Of a DNA stretch of 64,000 bases, positions 49,259 to 60,100 are shown piece after piece. The first letter of the stretch is position 1. The number at the start of each line of letters is the position of its first letter. Below the pieces are notes generated by a model, which saw only the letters and a program-made list of their open reading frames with translations, searched no databases and had not been told where the DNA came from. The stretch comes from Saccostrea cucullata (taxonomy: Eukaryota), in the NCBI RefSeq assembly GCF_032062105.1, contig NW_026937766.1:1-64000 (forward strand), in the 5' to 3' direction. A program made the position numbers and the translations under genes.

Positions 49259-50271
49259 GAAATCGTGTATGTTAGGCAATATTGTAGACCACTTCCACTT
49301 GATTTATGTCTCTGACAATGAATTTTATCCTTTTTTAAGAAAAAAATTAATCTTTTCAGATATTGAAATAATACTGAAATAGAATTAACCAGTAATAACC
49401 AATGACGGTCAGTCATTACTGTTGTTAGAGATACTCAAAACCAATACACTGGTAAAAATGAATAATCAGTTCGTTATAAAATTTTCGTATCACCAAGTTA
49501 TTATGTAAATTTTCAATACAAACAAGTTTGAAATACATCTCTTACCGTATTAGCCATTTTGTATATACTTAAAGTGACTAAAACGTCTTCATGGTCCCTT
49601 AGGTATACCCAAGTAAAAGAACATCGCAGCCATACACGCGATACAATCAGATAAAAACCGTGTGCATACGTTTAAAAACTTCCACATTTTCAATAGTCTG
49701 CTATAAAAGATTATTGAGTTACCCCTAAATCTACAAATTCAGCTTAACGCTTTACCAATTTCAAATAAGAAAAAGCCTTTTACGATAATAAAAGTCAGAC
49801 CAATTAGGTTTAGTGGCAGACCCTCTTACTGATTTGATATTTGCCATATTTGCACGCGTTCTCTGTTAAAAAAATGCATGTGTCATGTAAATAACCTAAA
49901 AGTTGGGTCTCGGAAAAAAGGAGTTAAATATCATATTCGCAAATATTAAACCCCTATTTTTATATTCTTTAAACATAGAAAACGGTTATGAAAACGATTA
50001 ATGATCGATCTGAAAAAATCTATAAACATTATAAATATATTAGCAGTGCATAACCAGGGACCTTCGGAAATTCCAGGGGAGGTCAGGTGCCTACGAGGCG
50101 TAAGCATACCCTATTGACTGGTCACACCTGCTATGATCCTACGTACGGTTAGACGGCTTAACGCTTTACCAATTTACCAATTTACCAATTACGGTTAGAC
50201 GGAATATTCTGCAGTTAAAAAAAACAAAAGCCTTGCAATTGGTATGATGCATGTTAGCCAGAATAAGTATT

Positions 50272-51307
50272 ATTTAGAGAACTCGACAGGTTCTGTATCG
50301 TAGATACAAATTTGGGGGCGGAGACGAGTGCGCGAGCACGAGTCTCCACCCCCAAATTTGTATCTACGATACAGAACCTGTCGAGTTCTCTAAATGATTT
50401 GTGACACGATCAATCAAAAATAGCTCCGCCCACTTTATAACTTTGCAGCATCTAAACTTCCGTCTGAGTTCTGTAGATGAGGCCCCGACGGGGAGTACGC
50501 ATCCGCAGTATATATATTTCCACGGAAAACGTAAAATTCGGTCAGATTAGTTTTGACAACTGAATGGGGTAGACGTAATCGAGTGATAGTCTGTCTTAAT
50601 GAATAAGGTGGAGGATTTAACCGTCATTGTTGTGATCTATTAAATTGAAGATGGAGATTTATCGTAAATTTATTTCACTGAGGAGTCTTAAAATCCCGGT
50701 TTAACTAGATTAACAAAAACAGGATTTACAGAAAATTCTTCGATGGACTGTCACGGATTTTTATTTTCAAATTGAATTGCGACATTAAGAGACGTGTGCC
50801 TGTCGTCAGCGAGAAGGATTTTAAAAAATAAAAACGCGGGAAAATGGATTTGAATGATTTTGCACGAGGAGAGTGGATGTTTTCCGTTATTGCAAATTTT
50901 CCGTTTCCATGGTTTCGTTTGGAGCGAAATTACGTACAGAGGATGTTTTCCGTTATTGCGAATTTTCCTTTTACTTTGGATCGAAATTACATGTAGATTC
51001 TGTGTGGAATAAGTTTTTAAAAAGTGATTTAGAAATTTTGACATTTTACATTCTCAGGAAAATACCGGGTATTTCTCCAAAATTTATGTAATAGGAAAAC
51101 ATCAGCATTTACTATTTGGACGTGCTTTTGCTAAATTGAATCAGATTTATTTTTAGACCGTGCTGTATTTTAGATACAGAATAGTTCGCCAGTACGGTAT
51201 ACTAGGCTAATACAGATCGGAAAGTAGCTCCGCCCACCGTAGTCCCGTTCTGTATTGCTAATACAGAACAGTAAACTTCAAAGAAAAACACCGCTATCGT
51301 GTCACAA
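50272..51307. mobile_element. Non-coding element with a long terminal hairpin and an inverted-repeat pair (possibly Crypton-type)
   Basis: 124-bp palindrome at 50272-50395; TTGTGACACGAT (50399-50410) inverted at 51296-51307; direct repeat TAGCTCCGCCCAC near both ends. Confidence 0.55.
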
Positions 51308-51319
51308 GACAGAATGTTG

Positions 51320-51402
51320 CATTAAAGTTTTAGAATTCAGAGAATTTAAAACTAAGCTTGTTATAGTTAGTTTTAAATTCTCTGAATTCTAAAACTTTAA
51401 TG
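51320..51402. repeat. Perfect 36-bp inverted repeat with 11-nt loop
   Basis: CATTAAAGTTTTAGAATTCAGAGAATTTAAAACTAA, loop GCTTGTTATAG, then its exact reverse complement. Confidence 0.9.
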
Positions 51403-52019
51403 TAGCATATATATTTGCTTACAAGGTCAACAATCATATAATTTTTTAAATGCTGACGACAAACGAGGTTGTGAAATGCGTGTAACATCAACTTGTCTGT
51501 CGATAGCCTGTGTCGATTAGAAAAATCGGAAGTACTCGGAGCATGGGCGATGTAAACACCATATGCATTTTAATGCTGTCTCTGTGTGAGATTTTAAATA
51601 ATATTTCTCGATTAAAGTCATCATTTCTAACTTCTATGGTCGATACAATGACCTTGTCACCAAATACAATTTATCATTAAGCCAAATGCTGACTGACGTT
51701 TTTCATACTTATTGTAAGGCCATTACTTACACACTGAATTGTCGACGGATTTTTCCGTTATTTCCCGATCATGATAAGTGACGGGTCGGCAGGGGATGCT
51801 CACTCCTCCATGGTACCTGATCCCACCTCCGATACTTTGGAGGTTTGTGTTTGCTCTGCTCTTATTTTGTATTGTTAAATGGACATTTGAGCTTGAATAC
51901 TGTTCGCTATCTTCGTATATTTCATGTTTTATTATTCGAAATTGTTTAACAAGAAATGACATGTAACTTCAGATGAATATTCACCATGCAGATCACGTGG
52001 ACGACGAAACAGAAATAGT

Positions 52020-54645
52020 TAATGAAAATTGGAATTAGCAAACATATAGTTATTAAATTGGGAAATTGTCTAAATGTCTCGATGAGTTTTGCCATCTTTT
52101 CCTTCTGGAAGATTATTTGTCGTAATTATTATTTGTTCTTTCTACTTTTGTTCAATAATTATAAATTGTCATGTTCGACCATGCAATTTCAACAGCAACA
52201 AAAACTATATTTCAAAAAATTATTATCATTCTGAGCATTATTCATTGTACATTTAGAGGTTGCTTATTGCTTGGTGTATCTTATCAATATTTTATACCTA
52301 GCTACGCTTGAAAATGTGAAGATATATGGTGATCAGGATGTCTGTCTGCTACGCTTTGGGGTACCCATATCTTTTCTGCAACTCCTCTTATACCACTGAA
52401 TGAAATTTAATTAACCTTTCACAGAATCTACATACTAGTAGTGCCATTGTGCACCTCCTATTTCACTTTTTGATCTGACACATATTTCGGGTTTAAATTC
52501 CCCTGGCAAAACATGTTTAATGGCATTCTTTCTATAATATTGAAGGGTATCTATCTCTTATCAGCAACTCCTCCTATACCACTGAATAAAATTTAATGAT
52601 ACATTCAGAGATCCCTTATTACATAATATCATTGTGCACCTACTATTTTTAGTTTTTGAACTGACACCTATTTCGGGTCTTTCAGAAAAAACATGGACTT
52701 TCCATTATTATCACATGGGAGGCGGGGTATCATTAAGTGAGCTAAGTGCTCACAGTACCTCTAGTTTCAAATTGCAATGCGAACTACAAGTTTTCCCAAT
52801 TATCATCTTAGCTAACGGTTTTGTTTGTTCGATTTCTTAATAATAATGACATCTTTAAAAATCTTCTCAAGAACCACTAGGCTTGGAAAAATGAATCACC
52901 CTCAGGTAGTGTAAATTCAAGTTTGATGAAATCATGACCCACGAGGGTAGAGTGGGGATGCAATGACCGACCTAATTATTACGAAAGGTTATATAGGGAA
53001 GATCTTTAAAAATCTTCTTCTCAAGAACCACTGGGCCATGAAAGATGAAAATTAAGGTGATCATCCTCAGGTAGAGAGTAGATCTAAGGCTGTTCAAATC
53101 ATGGGTAGGGTGGAGCCACGAGGTGTCATAATGGACGATCAAAGTTTTACATAGGAATACGTATATAGGAAAAATCTTTTTTAAAAATTCTCTCAAGAGT
53201 CAAGAACAGCAAACTCGTAATTTGTCATATTTATATGGAATCATCCTGATAATTCAATTGATAAACTTAATCTCAAGGGATCCGATCCATAACTTTGTTA
53301 TATTTTGTCGTTGAAAATTTGGAAAACAAATGTAGGTTTTCTTCCTAGTAAAAGTTATGGTAATTTTGTTTGGTGAACTCGAATTGTTTTTCAATACTTT
53401 TACATGAGAAGAGCACCGTTTACTTAAACAAATAAGAATGAAACGCCTTGAAGTGGTAATTTTACAGTGTATTTTTCTTTTGCATGGAAAGTTTGGGTGT
53501 TTCTAATCGTACGTCAATAGTTACATAATGACACGGTCATTTCTATAGAAACGAAAAAGAAATATTCGTCGCAATGCTTTTGGACACCCCACTCTTCGCG
53601 AATACCGACATGAATTATACCGATATGGAGATTTTTTAAAGTTAAAAGAGACAGTATTGCAACGAATTTGTAAAATATTATGAATTTATCATATTTATTG
53701 GAGTATCGGTCGAACATGTGCTTACTAGTACTCGTTGTTCATGCAGACCGTCAATTTGATTGGGAACTAGTATTGTATTTAATCTATTATTATATTATAT
53801 ATATTATACATATATTGTATTATATCTGTTCTATAGGTATTTGAATGAACCATTTGACCGAACTGTCCCCTTTCAAATAAATGGGTGTGTCATATAACAA
53901 TCCACCAACAATCAACAAGGAAGCTCAAAACGCTCCATCCATTGGCAAATTTTACCACTTCGACGCGCTTCATTGTAGTGAACATATGTACTTCAGATCA
54001 TATTCAAGCAACACACAAGTGTTTAACAAATACTTTAAGTACTTAGTCCTCTAGTGTCACAAGGCTTTTATTTTTATTTTGTGGATCCTTTTTATTTGGA
54101 AGGACAATTATAGTTTTCCTTATTTTAAATATCAGCGAGATTCGTAGCGACTAAAAAATTGGTATCGAGGTGCCAGACCATCTTCGCAAGCCAAGGGTTT
54201 TCAGTCCGCTTCACTCCCCACAAAGGGGAGTGAAGCGAAACAATTTTTTATTTCTACAAATTTTAATCATATTTAACTTCGATCACATATTTTAGACGGA
54301 CCACTCTAATTTGTTAATGCTTTTGAAATTGGATCTGAAGAACATTTATTTCTTTCAGAAGAAATATAAAATTTCTTCTTAAAAAGAAATCATTGTTCTT
54401 CAGATATTGTAAAATGACTAGAATAGGAATGGAAATAAAATGGAATGGAAAGAAAAGGAAATACGTTTCAAAAATAACTAATAACCATTCACGATCAGTC
54501 GATACTACTTGTACAGATAGTCAAAACCTATACACCAGCAAAACTGAATGTGAAAACTTGATTCAGTATGAATGTCTTACAGATAATTTATAATGTAAAT
54601 TTTCACTACAAATAAGGATGAAATGCATCTTACCATATTAACCAT
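52020..54645 (-). pseudogene. Ghost PHYHIP-like paralog: exon 1, intron remnants and a decayed exon 3 only
   Basis: Exon-1-like ATGGTTAATATG|gtaag at 54645-54634. 53305-53430 resembles copy-3 intron 1 (48762-48900). 52020-52290 and 52766-52835 resemble copy-3 46065-46435, with frameshifted exon 3 and a lost donor. Exon 2 position is occupied by repeats. Confidence 0.65.
52292..53250 (-). repeat. HINE/pearl-like copy (52292-52766, two core units) and Cg170-like fragment (~52850-53250)
   Basis: Reverse complement of the 19676 family head and core; aaatcttcttctcaagaaccactgggcc..aaatcatg satellite units. Confidence 0.65.
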
Positions 54646-55701
54646 TTGTATACTAACACCAACTAACGTCTTAGATGTACCCAAGTAATAGAACAACGTA
54701 GCCAATCACTAATCGTATACGTGAACGATACAGTCTGATAAAACGTTTGCATATCTTTTCACGTTTTAATAGTATTCGATTTAACATCAACATACCGGTA
54801 AAGTTACCCCATAATCTATCAAATTTATTTGAACTATTTAACGATCAGTCTAAGCAATCCAAAAAAATCATTCACAACACCGCAATGCATCTTTCAAAGT
54901 TCTAGACACTTTTATCAGCTTTATTTTGAGTGCAGAAAATAAAGGATTTTTTCCCTTGCAGTCAAGAAGGATCGATATCCTATATTATATTATTAAACAT
55001 ACATGTATGTTTAAAATTAACAGATCTTGCATACGAATTGAAAACAAAATGTTTTCTCAATAAAATTTAAAAGTAAAGAATTCAGGATGTCGATAGTTTT
55101 AGTCCGAATCTTTTTAAGAGTTTCGTAAATGATCTTCCATATGAAATATGGAGATAAGGAACAGTATTCAAGTCAAAGTCTATTTTAACAACACAGATCG
55201 GAAGCAGAGCCAACACGTACCTCAAAAACGTCGGAGGAGGATAAAGCACCATGCCATGGAGGAGTAAGCATCCCCTGCTACGGTCACACCCAGATGTTCC
55301 TTGTCGAGATAGAAAAATGGAAAAATGCGTCGAGAATTCAGTATGTACATAATGGCTTAACTAAAAGTTTGCAAAACATCAGTCAACATTTGTCTTAACA
55401 ATAGATTGAATTTAATCTTAAATTGTATAAAATATACTGGCAAAATAACTGAGAGGAGACAGCTTCAAATTAGCTATTTTCCTAAATAAGGAAACTATAC
55501 ATGCACTGGCGAATTGTCGTTTCACAGTGATACGGTTCTTAAGAACCTGACTTTATACTAGTCATCTTTCAATTTTGACAGAGCAAACTAACGAAAAAAA
55601 GATGGTAACAAGAAACTTTGCTGATCCATACCAAATGTAAAATTCTTTTTATTTGCACAAAATTTTTCCTAAAATCTTAAAATGAAAAAAAAAAACCAGT
55701 A

Positions 55702-56012
55702 TCACGAATTAGTTTTTAGATTACATATTTTACAGTCCCGCCTTTTGGGCTGACCAACTGCTGTTTTTAAAGCAGCATTTCCTTTCTGAGTTACTGATGT
55801 TAGAAAAGCACAGCGGGAATTTATCATTCGAACAATATTTATATCTAGCATCAATCTTTTAGATCAGTCGATACTACATGTAGAGAGTCAAACCCTATAC
55901 ACCAGCAAAAATGAATATGAAAACTTAATTGAGTATGAATGTCTTACAGACAATTTATAATGTAAATTTTCTCTACAAATAAGGATGAAATACATCTTAC
56001 CATATTAACCAT
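55702..56012 (-). pseudogene. Collapsed PHYHIP-like paralog: exon 1 joined by deletion to the last ~47 codons
   Basis: 56012-56001 ATGGTTAATATG|gtaag. 55862-56330 duplicates 54493-54950. 55702-55843 matches the end of copy-4 exon 5 (57169-57310), and 55415-55700 matches its 3' flank. Confidence 0.8.
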
Positions 56013-56368
56013 TTTGTATACTAACACCGATTCAAACATCTTAGATGTACAGAAGTAATAGAATAACGTAGCCAACCGCTAATGGTATACGTGAACGATA
56101 CAGCCAGATAAAAACGTGTGCATATTTTTTCACGTTTTAATTGTATACGACTTTACATAAACATACCGGTAAAGTTACCCCATAATCTATAAATTTTATT
56201 TGAACTATTCAACGATCAGTCAAAGTAATAAAAAAAATCATTCACAACACCGCAATGCATCTACTGCTTCAACTTTTGCAATGTTCTAGACACTTTTACC
56301 AGCTTTATTTTGAGTGCAGAAAATAAAGGATTAAGAGTTGACGATTTTTAACAATAAAAACCAAAATA

Positions 56369-56645
56369 AACTAGAGGTACTGTGAGCAAAGTGCTCACTA
56401 AATGATACACCCTGCCTCCTTTATGAATATACTAGTAAGAGTAGTGTATATGTTTTGCTATGGGAAACCCAAAATATGTTTCGGATCAAAAAATAAAATA
56501 GGAGGTGCACAATGACAATATGTAATATAGATTCTGTGAAAGTCATCAAATTTTTTCAATGGTATGAGAGGAGTTGCGATAAGAGATTGGTATCCCAAAG
56601 CGTAACAGACGGACGGGCATACCGATTACTATTTACCCTCCCGCT
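56369..56645 (+). mobile_element. HINE/pearl-like copy
   Basis: aactagaggtactgtgagc head, core and GACG microsatellite as at 19676 and 43489. Confidence 0.75.
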
Positions 56646-57168
56646 ATGAGTGTTAATTTAAGTGGGTTTTAAACAAAAAGCTAGCAATTCTGATCACACG
56701 TTTCTTCTTTAATAGATGAATATTGTCAAAAAAAGGAAGGTTAAGTGTTTGCATGCTCTGTTTACTTTTTGAAAGTTTTTCATATTCATGCTGTTATTCA
56801 AACAGCTAGGACTAAAAATCAAGTTACTTGCACCCAAGAAGGCTCGAAATCCTACAATGTTATTGAACATTATTGTGTTTGTATTTAGTCTTAAATTGTA
56901 TAGAATATACTGGCAAAATCACTCAAAGGAGACAGCCTCAAATTAGCTATTTTCCTAAATAAGTGTACAGGTACTGGCGAATTGTCGTTTCACAGTGATA
57001 CAGTTCTTAAGAGCCTGATTTATACTAGTCATCTTTTTAATTTAGACAGAGTAAAACTAACGAAAAAACGATGGTAACAAGAAACTTTTCTGATCCATAC
57101 CAAGTGTAAAATTCTAAAGTTTATTTACATAAAATTTTTAAAACAGTTTCCTAAAATGAAAAACAGTA

Positions 57169-60100
57169 TCACGAATTAGTTTTTAGATTACATATTTTAC
57201 AGTCCCGCCTTTTGGGCAGACCAACTGCTGTTTTTAAAGCAGCATTACCTTTTTGAGTTACAGATGTTAAAAAAGCACAGCGGGAATTTATCATTTGGAC
57301 AATATTTATACTTTCTGTATAAAATACTTCCACTGTGATTTTTGAATTCACCATGGCATGCAAAGCATGTGGACGACGAAACAGAAATACGTTAAAATTT
57401 GGATCTAGGGGCATCAATCTTTTACTACAAAAGAGGTCCGCTTCACTTCCTTTTAAAGTTACAACCAATGTCACGTGATGATTGACGTAATGACAATAAA
57501 AGTCTGCGAAATACAAGTTTATATCAGAGTTAATCATGAACATCACTGGAATGTGGATTCTCTGATCCCCGTAATACGACACATCCGGAGGACGACCTGT
57601 CAGAGGATCAATGTTTGCACTGAAAAAAAGGCCGTGAAGTTTTCTGTTAAGGGTTGATGACGGATCTCCACCAAAGTTCTTTATATACTTGTACATGATT
57701 CCGTTTGTGTTGTTGTATATGTTCAGAAAATGTAGAATGGGTTTGCTGCGATAAAGATGTGTTATTGGAACAAAGTTGGCAAACTCCTCCGCGCCCATCG
57801 ATGACATGTGTGAACAGGCTTTTCCGTATAGCAGAATGACTTCTTGTGCCGTCATGTCTGTTAAAATACATACATGAAAGGTAAAATAAGATCCACACTT
57901 GTTAGAAATAGTGATATCAATTTTTTTTTTATCCCAAAGTCCATTTGCATATCATTAAATTGTTTATGCATTAATCTTAATGGATGGATGGATGGATTAA
58001 TTGGAAAGAAAATGTAAAATAAATATCTTGATACCTACATGATCTAAATGAGCAAACAGCCACTGCTTTAATGAGAAAACAATTATCCTGAGTTTGACAT
58101 CCCTGAAATACCATAAGTTCGTAATCAGAAACAGGGCGAAGCTGGAACGGAAATGTGAATTTAGACGCCTCTGTAGTGTATAAATGTGTTGCTCTTGTTT
58201 CTACGTCCTTCAGAAAAATAAGACTTTGGCATGGTAGAACATTATTTTGCCTAGTGTTATTTGGTGAGATGGTTACGGGTAAGTCAACCCTATGACCAAT
58301 GCCATTTGAAATAACACATAATGGTAATGACGGTACAAGACAATTTCGAGCAGTCGAAGAAGAAATAATACTCAATTTCCGAAGCCCTTCCTGAATGTCA
58401 CGTAGAGAGAAGTCAAGCTCAGAAGAGGCTTGTGACGGTCCATATAACGGTTTTCCATACTCGACATTAGGATTTTTAAGGTCTGTTACAGTATATGTAG
58501 AAGGAGGTGTATGAGTGACATCTACAGAAAATGACCTCTGAAATAAAAAAAAATCTTACTACATTTATTCTTTTCTAAAGTTCTTACATAAATAATGAAA
58601 ATTAGAAAATGCAACATTTGGGTATATCATATCATATTTATGAAACATGGAGATAACGAAACAGTACTCAAGATCAAAAGTATCTATCAAGAAGAAATTA
58701 ACACAGTAAAGCATTAGATTTTTTATTTGCATTGTAATGACGATGCAGTGAAGGTCATATGACAGCGAGGGCAACAACCAATCACAGAGCAGCAATCAAC
58801 AGCAAGAAGAGATGACAACAGAATAAGGAAGAGGAAAGTAAAATTCGTAACAGTAACAACAAAAGTGACTGGGAACGGTGTTACTTAGATGTAGATGCAA
58901 TTCTGAACACAACCCTTGCAGGCAATATTGCCAAGAAAATAGAAGCTATTACATCAATTATGTAGAGCGTAAATCTGGACAGGTTTGTCGCAAAACAAAG
59001 GAAATTCACAAAAAAGGAAAGAACAAGAGAGATAGAGAGAAGGGGGAATAGCAAATATGAAAAAAGACCTGCGGCAGCTTAGAGGAGAGGAGAAACAAGC
59101 ACTATAACAATTACGAGAGAACATCCCAAGATAACACGAAGAGCAGAGAGAAGCAGGCTTAGAAGGAAACAGAGAGACAAAGCAAGAGCAAGATTCAAAA
59201 TAGACCCATTCCAGTTTACATCAAGATTGCTAGGAAATAAAGGGTCCGGATCGTTGAAATCTTCGAAGGAAGTCTTTGAGAAGTAATTCAGGGGGATGGA
59301 CAGTGATCCACATAAGGAGAAAGAGTTAGGGGAATGGGAACAGTTGATACATCCTGAAGAACCAAATCAACTCTTTGATGAAGCACCACCTTAGCTAAAA
59401 GAAGTGGTAGATGTAATTAAGAAAACCAGAGCAACATCAGCATCAGAACCAAATGGGGTGCCACATAAAGTTTACAAGAACTGTCTAGTGTAAAACAGCG
59501 CCTCTGGAAACTAATAATAATTGTTTGGAGGAGGTTGGCAGTTAGCTGATACAGAGTAGAAGGCTGTTTCATCTCCAAGAAGAGAAATCAGAAATGCTGA
59601 AATAATTTTGAACAATATCGCTCCTGAATGTAGAGGGGAAGTTACTAGTATATCTGGCAGTTTAAGCGAGGGGAATATCTAGTTACATGCTTGAAAATCA
59701 GTATATTGATATCGCTGTGCAGATGGGGAGGAGTACCTGGAGTATCAGGGTGTAATGAGCATACAAATCAAGTGTATTGACACAGATAATCTGGGAAACA
59801 AAGGAATCTAAAGGGGATTTGGCAGTCATCTGGGTAGATCTAGTAAATGCATATGGGACAGTTCCCCTTAACTTGTTGAACGAACACGGAGGCAGTATTA
59901 AAAGACTTCTTTGACCGTTTCCAGCTGATGTTTACAGTACAGGATTACACAACAATATGGCAACGCTTAGAAGTCGGCATAGTCACAGGATGCATCATGT
60001 ATCCATAATCAAGTTTTCATCATCAACGAACGTGATAGTCAAGTCAGTGGAGAAGAAGAGCAGAGGACCATGGATAAAGTCAGGAGTACGCCAACTACCT

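Larger units (their letters stand above)
44233..49557 (-). pseudogene. PHYHIP-like copy 3, pseudogene; exons 49557-49546, 48564-48527 plus 46659-46451 (split by MULE), 46145-46093, 45555-45204, 44925-44233
   Basis: Exons align with copy 4 (exon 2 = 247 nt once the insert is removed; exon 3 = 53 nt). Lesions: 1.86-kb insertion in exon 2, in-frame TAG at 45421-45423, +1 frameshift near 44791. Confidence 0.88.
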
